From Octopus vulgaris (taxonomy: Eukaryota), in contig CATOCA020000001.1 in assembly GCA_951406725.2 (NCBI GenBank), forward strand, positions 6,076,001 through 6,140,000: 64,000 nt of DNA, given 5' to 3'. Positions 1-14,087 of the stretch are shown one piece after another. Under the pieces are notes generated by a model. It did not search any database. It was not told where the DNA came from and saw only the letters and a program-made list of their open reading frames with translations. Positions within the stretch are counted from its first letter, which is position 1; each line of letters starts with the position of its first letter. Position numbers and translations under genes: made by a program.

Positions 1-164
<164 letters not shown>

Positions 165-730
165 GGAAATTTATTAAATAATTCTGAAATAGTCATAAAG
201 ATATTTACAAAAATTTATTAAGTAAGCACTTGTTGATAGTGTCTGTCGAAATATTAGCAAAGTAGATGAGATCAGATCAAAGATCAATACAGGAGGTTTT
301 ATTGTACAAATTCTGTGTCATTGATTCTTTTACTAGTTTCCATAAATCTACCTTTCTTTAGAGAATCAATTTATTTTTCATATAAAGAGCCCCCATCCTA
401 GCTGGGGTATGATCCACAGATTTGTAGCTCAAGATGTAAGCAGAGGAATGTAGCTAACCTAGAGACACAACACGATGACTGTTGTTAGGTTTATTAGTGT
501 CAAGAAGAACATTCAGCTATAAATAATACTTTTACGATGTGTTTATATATTTTGGTAGTTCTGACTTTATGAGTCCCTCCTAGCGTGTGGCATTTATGTA
601 TAGTAATGCCCTCTATATAATATAAATAAATACATTTAAATGAAAAAAATGGTGGATTTTTCTCTTATGACGCTTTTCCCGCTAACTACTTGATAAATCC
701 TTATAAAGATTTTATACTATCTCTAAATTG

Positions 731-768
<38 letters not shown>

Positions 769-1017
769 TGCCGAAGTGGAAATCCACAACACCATCTCTT
801 CGGTTATCTGGCTATTTGAAAACGTTATGAAAAAATACCGTTAAAAATGAAGGGAAATTACTCTGTTATAACTTTGCTTTGCCTGCGTACTTATACATCG
901 CTCGCATTTTTCGTCATAAAAATTATATAAAACTACATAAAAATATATATATATAAAAATATATAAAAATATAAAAATATATAAATTCTTCTTGGGACAT
1001 AACACAGAAAGCATGTT

Positions 1018-1640
1018 CTATCCGTTTTCCTTAGGGGACCAAAAACGTAACAGAAATTTAGTCACATGTGGGCATGATCCGAAAAGCTCTGTCCTTGTAT
1101 TTAGACATGTGGTAGGGTCTAAGCTGCTTTTCCAGATAAGCCATCTCTCCATGTCGCATAAACCGCACCTTCCGCTGCCGTTAGTATAGGGCTTACATCT
1201 GGCCAAATCTTCCATTGTATGTTATAATCGACCACTTTATCTCTTAAAGACCAAATATGATTGGATAATTGTGTCGCTTTTCTTTTGTTCCAGTGCCTAA
1301 AGCTCAAAGTGTGGTTATTGAACCTGGCCTTGAAATTACCCTCTGTAAGGCCCACGTATTTCTTCGTCGAAACGGTGTCTTTAGTGGTTATAGAGTTTAC
1401 GGTAGCTTCATATATGATGGTCTTGGACATGCAAGCTCCATTTAGCGGGCACAATTCTTTATTCCTGCATGAACAGCTGTTTTCTTCTTGTGTTTTTTGT
1501 ATGTTATGATTGATTATGTTTTTAAAATTGGTAGTTGAACTAAAACTAATTTTTAAATTGTGTCTATTGAAGAGTTTCCTATAAGCATGGTTAACTGGAA
1601 AATGTCTATCTATCAGTGCTAGGAAATATTTACCTATATT
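1018..1640 (-). mobile_element. Penelope-like retroelement, 3' fragment (GIY-YIG endonuclease), frameshifted
   Basis: NIGKYFLALIDRHFP...KLFNRHNLKISFS, CSCRNKELCPLNGAC, IIYEATV...YVGLTEGNFKARFNNH..SF, LSNHIW, IQWKI, then a frameshift to ARCKPY...RCGLC..E...LNTRTEL...CPH; typical PLE C-terminus. Confidence 0.9.
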
Positions 1641-2098
1641 GAAGGCCACCTTCAATTTACCTATATTGAAGATAGATGTATATATGTACATATATATATA
1701 TATATATATATATAGTAGTCTCTATCTAATCGCTAACACTCACGCTACAATATACACACATATACCTTTAATCAAACATACATTCACCCTACATGTATGT
1801 ATGTATGTATGTATGTATGTATGTATGAATGTATGTATGTACGTATGAATGAATGTATGAATGTATGAATGTATGTATGTATGTATGTATGTATGAATGT
1901 ATGTATGTATGAATGAATGTATGCATGTATGCATGTATGTATGTATGTATGCATATATATATATATATATATGTATGTATGCACATTAATATACACATGT
2001 ATTCCCTAGAGAACATTCTTTCTTTGTAGTTTGATCGTAGGTGATCTATTTCTAGCATATGGCTGTCCACATAGTTGCTTTTAGCCCTTAATATACAC

Positions 2099-2136
<38 letters not shown>

Positions 2137-2869
2137 GAAATTTATAGAAAAAACAAGAACTGGAGTCAGGTGTAGGAATAATAAGCAAGAATATTAGTTT
2201 GATATTCAGGAAAAATACATGTGTGTGTGTGTATGCGTATGTGTGTGCATATGTGTGTGTATATGTCTCTGTTCCACTTCTGCAACGGTCGCGACGCAAT
2301 TATGAAATGTCAGGACGGAGATTATAAACGTGTGGGTGTTACTTTGTCCTGTTCGTGTATCTTTGTTTAAACGTCTGTATGTGTAAGTATGTATGTTGTA
2401 CTGTCATGGTATATGATGTATGTGTGTATATATGTGAGTAGTGTGAATGTATGTTTGATTAAAGGTATATGTGTGTATATTGTAGCGTGTGTGTTTGCGA
2501 GTAGACAGAGACTACCTATCCCAAATAACCACACACTGAATAATATCTCTCCCGCAACTCCTATTCATTGCTACATTCTTTCTTTCTCTCTCTCTCTCTT
2601 CCTCTCTATACGTCATCACCAGCGTTGCCACCACCACCACAATCAGTACGCCCATTTCCATACAAACATTTTATCTTCGTAAACAAGTCATCTTTTTCTA
2701 TTTTTTATACGGAAAACGTGCAAAACTTAATATTTAAATTCATACATGCACACACAGACACATTCATACACACATACATACATACATACATACATACATA
2801 CATACATACATACATACATACATGCATGCATGCATACATACATACATATATACATACATACATACATAC

Positions 2870-3480
2870 ATACATACATACATACAAACATACATACATA
2901 GAAACATACATACATACATACATGCATACAAACATACATACATGTATACATTCATGCATGCATACATATATATATATATACATACATACATACAAACATA
3001 CATACATAGAAACATACATACATACATACATACATGCATACAAACATACATACATACATGTATACATTCATGCATGCATGCATACATATATATATATATA
3101 TACATACATACATACATACAAACATACATACATAGAAACATACATACATACATACATGCATACAAACATACATACATACATGTATACATTCATGCATGCA
3201 TGCATACATATATATATATATATATATATACATACATACATACATACAAACATACATACATAGAAACATATATTCATACATACATGCATACAAACATACA
3301 TACATACATGTATACATTCATGCATGCATGCATACACATATATATATATATATATACATACATACATACATACATAGAAACATACATACATACATACATG
3401 CATACAAACATACATACATACATGTATACATTCATGCATGCATGCATACATATATATATATATATACATACATACACACA
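2870..3480. repeat. Higher-order minisatellite (~115-125 bp unit, ~5 copies) built from CATA/TA microsatellites
   Basis: Recurring catacaaacatacatacatagaaac...catgtatacattcatgcatgc...(ta)n. Confidence 0.85.
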
Positions 3481-3489
3481 TTCTGTGAA

Positions 3490-3630
3490 TGTGTGGTAAG
3501 AAGCTTGCTTTCCAACCCCAGGATTCCGTGTTCCATCACTGGAATCTTGGGCAAGGGAATTCTACTATAGACTCGGGCCGAAGAAAGGCATGTGAGTAGA
3601 TTTGATAAACGAAAGAAACCGGTCGTATAC
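3490..3630 (+). mobile_element. tRNA-SINE family A, 5' part, diverged
   Basis: gtgtggtaagaagcttgc...cttgggcaag...tgtgagtagatttg matches the full copy at 25669. Confidence 0.75.
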
Positions 3631-3710
3631 ACACGCACACATATATATGAATATATATATGCATGTATATGTGTGTGTGTGTGTATGCATACATACATAC
3701 ATACATACAT

Positions 3711-3778
<68 letters not shown>

Positions 3779-3788
3779 ATACACACAC

Positions 3789-3844
<56 letters not shown>

Positions 3845-3847
<3 letters not shown>

Positions 3848-4045
3848 GCACGGACTTTGTCAGTGAACAGGTCGCGGATTTTAGCGACGAAAATATTTTG
3901 ACAAATTAAACTTAAAGGTTGAAGTGAATCGAACGGATTTTGTGTGTTTCTTAAATGGCTTATAAACACCTTCCACGCTGCAATTGTTTTCGTTTCAGCA
4001 CACGATCTCAGATCAAATTACTTGCTATGCGAGTACATCTCCGTA
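3845..4045 (+). mobile_element. Short hammerhead-bearing repeat inserted in (TA)n; second copy inverted at about 11820-11995
   Basis: 3870-4043 is the reverse complement of 11820-11990 (gagatgtac..gcatagcaagt..tttgatctgagatcgtgtgctgaaacg). Confidence 0.75.
3856..3905 (+). ncRNA. Minimal type I hammerhead ribozyme motif with G3-C8 core swap
   Basis: tttgtca|GTGAACA|g|gtcgc-ggatttta-gcgac|GAA|AATATT|T|tgacaaa: 7-bp stem I, 5-bp stem II, palindromic stem III. Confidence 0.6.
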
Positions 4046-4046
4046 T

Positions 4047-4135
<89 letters not shown>

Positions 4136-4147
4136 ATACATTTAAAT

Positions 4148-4194
<47 letters not shown>

Positions 4195-4774
4195 AATAAT
4201 GAGGGAGATGAATTGAATATTAATTTTTATTAATATCAATTTAAAACCAGTAGCCTAGCATAAAAAAGTCTGAAAAATCGGAGAAAATTCTAATACATGT
4301 GTATATTAAGGGCTAAAAACCACTATGTGGACAGCTATATGCTAGAAATAGATCACCTAATATCAAACTACAAAGAAAGAATGTTCTCTAGGGAACATTC
4401 TTTCTTTGTAGTTTGATTGTAGGTGATCTTATCGACTGGTCCCCTCCCCGAAAATTTTGGGGCCTTGTGTATGTATGCATGTATGTATGTATGTATGTAT
4501 GTATTACGTATGTATGTATGAGGTATGTATATATGTTTCTGTGTGTGTATGTAAGATGCATGTATATATGTTTCTTATTGTGTATACATGCAATTATGTA
4601 TATTTCTATGTATGTATATGATTTGTATAAATGAAGAAAGTGAGAGAGGGCGGAAGAGAAGGAGAGAGACAGGAAAGATGAAAACTAAAAAAATAGGACT
4701 TCTTGGGAGTGATATATAAAATATTTATAGATGTAAATAGAAAGAAACAAAACACTGATGAACATGCAAGTATT

Positions 4775-4822
<48 letters not shown>

Positions 4823-4878
4823 TATCTACGTATATACGTATGTAAATATATATATTTATGTACTTATATATGTGTATA

Positions 4879-4954
<76 letters not shown>

Positions 4955-5010
4955 TATATATGTATATATATATATATATACATACGTACATATACATATA
5001 TTTACATATA

Positions 5011-5050
<40 letters not shown>

Positions 5051-5091
5051 CATACATACATACGTACATATATATATAAATATATATATGT

Positions 5092-5124
<33 letters not shown>

Positions 5125-5461
5125 AGGAGAGAGAGAGAGAGAGAGGGAGAGATAGAGAGAAAGAGAGAGTATGTCCCGAATTTAAGGCAATTGGGCTTAA
5201 ATGACAATATATAAATGTGGTAAGTTGTGAAAATATTACAAAATTATAAAAGTTTTGTGTCCCTTCCTTTTCTTTCAGACTAAAGAAATAAAGATTTATT
5301 TATTAAGTAATGGCTACAGAACGAAATACAATCGTAAGCCACAGTAATACACAGGCACACACACATACATGAATGTATATTTGTAAATAAATATATCCCT
5401 ACATATATACATACATACATTCAGAAATGGATACACACACCTAAACACATGCACACAAATA

Positions 5462-5667
5462 TACTCTTTTACTCTTTTACTTGTTTCAGTCAGTTGACTG
5501 CGGCCATGCTGGAGCACCGCCTTTAGTCGTGCAACTCGACCCCGGGACTTATTCTTTTTGTAAGCCCGGTACATATTCTATCGCTCTCTTTTTGCCGAAC
5601 CGCTAAGTGACGGGGACGGAATCACACCAGCATCGGTTGTCAAGCAATCCTAGTGGAACAAACACAG

Positions 5668-5727
<60 letters not shown>

Positions 5728-5891
5728 GACGGGCTTCTTTCAGTTTCCGTCTACCAAATCCACTCACAAGGCATTGGTCGGACCGGGGCTATAGCAGAAG
5801 ACACTTGCCCAAGATGCCACGCAGTGGGACTGAACCCGGAACCATGTGGTTGGTTAGCAAGCTACTTACCACACATCCACTCCTGCGCCTA
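5462..5891 (-). mobile_element. tRNA-SINE family A (octopus-type), full length
   Basis: Reverse complement of ggcgcaggagtgg.tgtgtggtaagtagcttgc...gggttcagtcccactgcg (A/B box-like head) through ...ctccagcatggccgcagtc...gaaacaagtaaaagagta. Confidence 0.9.
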
Positions 5892-5906
5892 TATATGCAT
5901 ATATAT

Positions 5907-6400
<494 letters not shown>

Positions 6401-6475
6401 AGAGAGAGAGAGATGAAGGGATATATATATATATATATATATACAAACATACATACAGACATCCATACACACACT

Positions 6476-6544
<69 letters not shown>

Positions 6545-6636
6545 AATATATGCACACAAAAATCCATACACACAACACACACACATATATATATATTTAT
6601 AAATAAATATATATATATATATAGAGAGATTTATAA

Positions 6637-6696
<60 letters not shown>

Positions 6697-7019
6697 ATGA
6701 ACATGCATATTTGTCCATATATATACCTACCTATACATCGATATATATAAATGCAGACATGTAATTATGTGTGTATAACCTTGGCAATAATAGTGATTAC
6801 TTGTATGTAAAAACGTCTGACCTGATTTTTGACTAAGAAGCCTGCAGTCGTTAATGTTAAGTCAAGTGTGACTCATTGCAACATTCTACACACACACTCA
6901 CACGCACACACACACCCTCACACACACACACACTCACACATACACATACACACAATACACTAACACAGGTAAACACACAGGTGACTCAGACCAACAATTA
7001 CTGCTATATCGTGCCCCCC

Positions 7020-7170
7020 CCCCCCAAAGGTGGCGAGCTGCGTAGCCGTATTTCGTCCGCCGCTAAGTACTGAGTTCAAATTCCGCCGAGGTCGAATTTC
7101 CCTTTTATTAGTACGGGGTCGATAAATTAAGTACCAGTTACGCACTGGGGTCAATGTAATCGACTTAATC
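7020..7170 (+). mobile_element. SINE family B fragment
   Basis: ctgagttcaaattccgccgaggtcga...ggggtcgataaattaagtaccagtt...cactggggtc core. Confidence 0.8.
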
Positions 7171-7459
7171 TGTTAATATATATATATATATATATATACA
7201 TATATATATACATATATATACATTCAATTCTGGGGGATGTCAATTTATTTACTGCTATTCCTTGAAGCAAGGCGAATTATTTTTTTTTTACGTTCTTTGC
7301 CCTCACACGTCTTTGCGAGTTCAAAAACCCTGAAGCTTTACGATAGTGTCACATTTATACTGACTGCTATTTCTAATAAACATTGGTGCCTTGCTGAACC
7401 ACAACTCACTCACTCTCTCTCTCTCTTTCTCTCTCTCTCCACTCTTTCTCTCTCTGTCT

Positions 7460-7511
<52 letters not shown>

Positions 7512-7778
7512 CATGCACACAGATACATGAATAGATATTTGTAAATATATCTCTACATATATGCATATATATATATAAATATATGTGTGTGTGTGTATAT
7601 GTGTGTAAAATAAGTATGTATATATACATACATGAATATATATATGAAATATATTTGTGTATGTATGCATGCATATATATGTGTATGTATGCATATATAT
7701 ATATGTATGTATGTATACATATATATATATATATTTATATACGTGTGTGCGTATGTATGTAATTTATGTGTATGTTTG

Positions 7779-7817
<39 letters not shown>

Positions 7818-8331
7818 ATATGTAATATATGTATATATATGTATATATATGTGTATGTATAATTAGCTTGCAAACCAACCGTATGGTTCTAGGTTCAGTC
7901 CCACAACATGACAATTTCGACAAGTGGCTTTTGCTATAGCATCGTTTCCGACCAAAGCCTTGTGAGTGGATTTGTTAGACGGAAACCGAAAGATATATAT
8001 TTAATATCTATATCTCTCTATAGATTTAAAATTTTTATTCTTTTGTCTTTAATCTTCTGTCATCTGATTTATTCTTTTATGTTCTGTGAATTCTCTGTCT
8101 GGAACTTCCTGCATACACGTGGTCTCTGACGACGGAATACCCTGAGGTCTGGAGATGCTGACCCATCACCTGTGTTATCCAGAAACTGAGATAATAACTA
8201 CTTCTACTTCTCCATTTTTCATTCCACTCTAATTAAATATTCTAAATGACCCGAGATACTCGCCCTGTTTTGGTTTTCGTTTATTTTCCTTTAATATGTA
8301 TGTATGTATCTCTCTTTCTATATATATATAG

Positions 8332-8390
<59 letters not shown>

Positions 8391-8459
8391 TATATAAATT
8401 TATATGTCTGTATGTATATATGTATACATATATATATATATTTATTTATATATATATAT

Positions 8460-8752
8460 ATCACCGTGATCACCGTGACCGACCATCAGATGTTGCTACA
8501 CATCGCTGGTCACAATGCGTTTGTATTGTTTTAGCCTTCGAACGACGCCACCCCGCTGGCTCAGCGAGCAGGCCAACAGAAGAAAGAGTGAGAGAAAGAG
8601 TGGTGAAAGGGTACAGCAGGAATCACCCCCTGGCGGAGCCTCGTGGAGCTTTTAGGTGTTTTCGCTCAATAAACACACACAACGCCCGGTCTGGGAATCG
8701 AAGCCGCGTTCCTCCGACCGCGAGTCCGCTGCCCTAACCACTGCGCCTCCAC
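8460..8752 (-). mobile_element. tRNA-SINE family C
   Basis: Minus-strand head gtggaggcgcagtggttagggcagcggactcgcggtcgg...ggcttcgattcccagaccgggcg; same family at 13238 and 22738. Confidence 0.85.
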
Positions 8753-8834
8753 ACACGTACACACACACACACATACACACACACATATATATATATGTAT
8801 ATATAAATATATATAAATTCTGACTTGAAAGACT

Positions 8835-8900
8835 TCACCAGGTGGTGCTATTAAGTTAGACATGGCCTGGGCCAATAATGGCCGAAACCTATCAAAGTAT
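8835..8900 (+). mobile_element. Isolated CR1 3'-terminal fragment
   Basis: caggtggtgctattaagttagacatggcctgg is the reverse complement of 60418-60448, downstream of the CR1 ORF at 60497. Confidence 0.6.
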
Positions 8901-8970
<70 letters not shown>

Positions 8971-9379
8971 TATACACATAAGTGTGTGTGTGTGTGTGTG
9001 CCATAAGCTGTTTTCACTGCCCGTCTTGTTTATAGCAGAGAACGTTTCCTCTAGGTGCCATGCAGTGGAATTGAACCCGGAATCCTGTTGTTCAGAAACG
9101 AACTGCTGACCACACAGCCACGCCTATACCTGTAACGCTTGTCTACGTGTCTGTGTGTGTGTCCATACATATATCACTGTATACACGTTTCTAAAATATG
9201 TGTGTAAGTATGCATGTGTGTGCCTGTGTATATACAGATAATTCGATTGAATGTTAAGGTGTCGGACGATGTCAGGCAGAGAGATTATGACGTCACAAGA
9301 ACAGAATAGATTTAAAGAGAGAGCTTGTCATTTTCTTCTCTTCTCTCACTCTCTCCCCAAACCTTTCTTCTCTCATAAT

Positions 9380-9535
9380 AATTACATCGAAAAATACCTT
9401 AGAAATGAGAACCCAGGTTCGAAATTTCCCACGACACCTGATGAAAGCTGGAGGGTATATCAGCCGAAGCGTTGTGTTAACAACAAACAAGATGAGGACG
9501 AATATCCGTCAAATGTAAATAATGTAAATAAGAAG
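9380..9535 (+). mobile_element. PLE pLTR-like repeat with degenerate hammerhead (9434-9477)
   Basis: acac|CTGATGA|aagctggagggtatatcagcc|GAAGCGTT|gtgt (GAAA mutated to GAAG); same family as 12465-12600 and the inverted copy at 12045-12150. Confidence 0.65.
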
Positions 9536-9760
9536 TTTTATCGTTTCAAATTTTTTAATTCTTTGCTTGTTTCAGCGTATTTTTGACCACCAAAATGACC
9601 AAGATTGTATTTTTAGCTGCATTACTAAAGGCATTACGTGACTTCGGACTGTTCATTGCTTATACTGTCAATATAGTCGAGTGAAATACCTGACGTGTAT
9701 CTAAAGGAAATGCTGACCGCCCATAATCAAGGATATTCTGTTCGATAACAACTTCAAAGG

Positions 9761-9871
<111 letters not shown>

Positions 9872-9904
9872 CTGTGTGTCTGTGTCTCTGTGTCTCTGTG
9901 TGTG

Positions 9905-9942
<38 letters not shown>

Positions 9943-10619
9943 CAAATATATATACATATACGTATATATATTAAGAGAGAGTGAGAGGGTGGGTATATTA
10001 AGGACTTTGTAAGGAAATCACATGGAGTGTCAGTTGGAATTGATCCAAAAGCCATAGAAACCCTTGCTTCAGACCGAGTTGAATGGCAAACAAAATTGCA
10101 GTGAAAGTTTTGAAGAAGCCAGGATGACCCAATCAAAACTGAAAACAAAATTAAAGAAAAATGTTATTATCAACGAGAAAATGAATCTCAACAATTTCTT
10201 TTGTGTGTGAGCATATTTTCTGAAAATTCTATTACTGTACTAATTTTCTCCACCAAGTTCACAGCCTAACTACAGCTCTTGGTAGTCCAAACCGGGTATG
10301 CAATTTAAGTGAGAAGAAAAAAGAAAGATGAGACCAATAGAACACGTACCAGGTTTTTTCTAAAACAAATCAGTTCTAAGGTCGATTTGTTCCACTAAAA
10401 CACTTCAAGGTGTTGCTCTAGCATGGCCGCACTCAGATAAGTGAAACAAGTAAACGAGTTTTGTATAGACTAAGCTCATTTTGTGGAGGCACATGGCCTA
10501 GAAAATCGGAAAACTGATAAATTGAATTCTTGTGATGCATATGTATGCATGTATGTATAAATATATGTATGCGTGTATGTATGTATGTATGTATCTATGT
10601 ATGTATGTATGTATGTATG

Positions 10620-10653
<34 letters not shown>

Positions 10654-11212
10654 TGTATGTATGTATGTATGTATGTATGACGTATGTATATATGTTTCTG
10701 GGTATGTATGTACGACGTATGTATGTTTCTTATTTTGTATACATGTAACTATGTATATTTCTATGTATGTATGTGATTTGTATTAATGAAGAAAGTGAGA
10801 GAGGGCGGAAGAGAAGGAGAGAGATAGGAGAGATAAAAAATAAAAAAAAATAGGACTTCTTGGGAGTGATATATAAAATATTTATAGATGTAAATAGAAA
10901 GAAACAAAATACTGAAGAACATTTCATTATATATATATATATATATATATATATAGGCATATATATATGTGTGTGTGTGTATGTGTGCGTGTGAGTGAGT
11001 CTCTGTGAGTGTGTGTATATGTATATATATATATATATACATATGAGAGAGAGAGAGAAATACAATCATAACCCACCGCAAATTAGGCGAAAGTAATACA
11101 CAGGCACACACACATACTTGAATATATATTTGTAAATAAATATATTCCTACATATATGCATACATACATTCATAGATTGATGCACACACATAAACACATG
11201 CACACAAATATA

Positions 11213-11294
<82 letters not shown>

Positions 11295-11296
11295 TG

Positions 11297-11355
<59 letters not shown>

Positions 11356-11597
11356 ACAGACATATATTGAGGTTATGAGAGGAAATGGTGTAAATAAGAC
11401 CCAGAGGTGTCAGGTAATAATACTTTGAATACTATGTAAATTCTATATGAGATACGTTGGACTACTCATTCACATAACCACCGAACATGGAGCTTAACTA
11501 CAGTCTGTCCATATCATTTACTCAGCATTACCTGACACCTTTGGGATTTATTGACCCCATTACCCCTCATAACCTATATATATATACATATATATAT

Positions 11598-11637
<40 letters not shown>

Positions 11638-12179
11638 TATGAGACAATATATTAGACTTAGTTTAATAATTTTCAGCAAATAAATCAAATGAAGCAGATT
11701 TGATATTAAAATGGATGATCCTTTTATTTCATAATCCCATCCCAGACAATTATTTCTGTGAGAGAAAAAAACAAGATATCCATAAAGAGATTTAAAGGAA
11801 AATAAAGCAAAGATTACGGAGATGTACTTGCATAGCAAGTGATTTGATCTGAGATCGTGTGCTGAAACGAAAACTATTGCAGTGTGGAAGGTTTTGGTAA
11901 GTCATTTAAGAAACACACAAAAGCCGTTCGATTTACTTCAACATTTAAGTTTAATTTGTCAAAATATTTTGGTCGCTATAAGACCGCGTCCTGCGGTCTT
12001 ATACAAAAAGGAATTTTAATATATATATATATATATATATACATGTTATTTACATCGTTGCGGCTGATATACCCTCCCCCCTTAATCAGGTGTTTTGGGG
12101 AAATTTCAAACCTGGTCTCTCTTTCCTCAGGTATCTTACGATGTTGCTAATATTATCATTATTATTATTGTTATTATTA

Positions 12180-12243
<64 letters not shown>

Positions 12244-12307
12244 CATTATTATTATTATTATTACTTTATTATTATTATTATTATTATTAGCATTATTATT
12301 ATTACCA

Positions 12308-12351
<44 letters not shown>

Positions 12352-12469
12352 ATTATTATTATTATTATTCATGTCACTGCCTGGAATCGAAGTCTGAATG
12401 TTGGGGTTAGTAGCCCGCGCTCTTAACCACTATGCCATATTCCCGTGGGCATATGGCATAGTAATTAAG

Positions 12470-12513
12470 ACACCTGATGAATGCTGGAGAGTATATCAGC
12501 TGAAACGTTGTGT
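12470..12513 (+). ncRNA. Minimal hammerhead motif (PLE pLTR-like family)
   Basis: acac|CTGATGA|atgctg-gagagtatat-cagct|GAAACGTT|gtgt. Confidence 0.65.
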
Positions 12514-12601
12514 TAACAACCAAAAAGATGAGGACACATAGCCTTCAAATATAAATAATATAAATAATGTACATATTTCCGCATTTCTTAAATATAGAAC
12601 T

Positions 12602-12654
<53 letters not shown>

Positions 12655-12936
12655 CATTATTAAAGCTCAGAATGAGATTGAAACAGTAATCGCTAGACAA
12701 TGTAAGCCATCTTAACATGGCTAACCACATAGGGAGGGGGTGTTACTGTAGCTTTATAGCCCCAGGAGATCTTCGTCTCCAGCTGGCTTTAGACACCATA
12801 TCAGTGCCATATCAGTGCCATATCAAGGGCACTGATATGGTGTCTAAAGCCAGCTGGAGACGACGATCTCCTGGGGCTATAAAGCTACAGTAACACCCCT
12901 CCCCTATCTGGTTAGCCATGTTAAGATGGCTTCTAT

Positions 12937-12968
<32 letters not shown>

Positions 12969-13166
12969 ACAGGCATACATTGCTGAAAGTGTTCAATACT
13001 TCAATTTAAGTGGTATTTTTTTCATTTATTACGACAGCAGGGACTTGAAGTTTGTCTTGTACCCCATACAACAGATGTTTATAATCCTGGTCGTTTATTC
13101 ATTTACAATTATTATCCGTGGGTATATCACGGGTATAGTTCAGGAAAATATCACTTCTATAATTCA

Positions 13167-13237
<71 letters not shown>

Positions 13238-13240
<3 letters not shown>

Positions 13241-13400
13241 GAGGAGCAATAGCCTAGTGGTTAAGGCAGCGGACTCGCGGTCGCAGAATCGCGGTTTCGA
13301 TTCCCAGACCGGGCGTTGTGTGTGTTTATTGAGCGAAAACACCTATAGAAAGCTCCATGAGGCTCCGGCAGGGGGTGGTGATCCCTGCTGTACTCTTTCA
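13238..13400 (+). mobile_element. tRNA-SINE family C, 5' part
   Basis: ggaggagcaatagcctagtggttaaggcagcggactcgcgg...ggtttcgattcccagaccgg. Confidence 0.85.
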
Positions 13401-13687
13401 CATCTTCGCCAGTTCAAACCTTATGAAGCTTAACGATTGTGTCACAAATTTATTGACTGTTATTTCTAATAAAAAGTGGTGGCTTGTTGAACCACAACTT
13501 ACTCTCTCTCTCTCTCTCTCTCTCCCCCCCTCTCTCTTTCTACATATATATATATATATATATATATACAGGCACACAGAAACATGAATAAATATTTGTA
13601 AATATATTCCAAAATTTATGCACACAGACATGCATAAATGGATACACAGACAAATATATATATATATATGTATATACGGATAGATAG

Positions 13688-13749
<62 letters not shown>

Positions 13750-14087
13750 ATATATATATATATAATGTGTGTCCATACATATTTGTCCATATATATACCT
13801 ACCTATACATCTATATATACAAATGCAGACATGTAATTGTGTCTGTGAATGTAAAGCCTTGACAATAATAATGATGATGACGATTATGATGATGATGGTG
13901 ACGAAAGCTGCTTACATGTATATAAAAATGTCTGACCTGATTTTTGACTAAGAGGCCTGCAGTCGTTAATGTTAAGTCAAGTGTGACTCAGTTTCAACAT
14001 TCTAACACACACACACACACACACACAAACTATCACAGGTAAACACACAGGTGACTCAGACCAACAATTACTGCTATATCCTGCCAC

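Noticed and set aside
865-925. Possible hammerhead downstream of the Penelope ORF (minus ATGACGA...)
   Set aside because: Core and GAAA are both imperfect and the stems are unconvincing.
13238-13312. tRNA-like sequences (also 8680-8752, 22738 and 25669)
   Set aside because: These are SINE heads with A/B boxes followed by SINE bodies; no complete cloverleaf.
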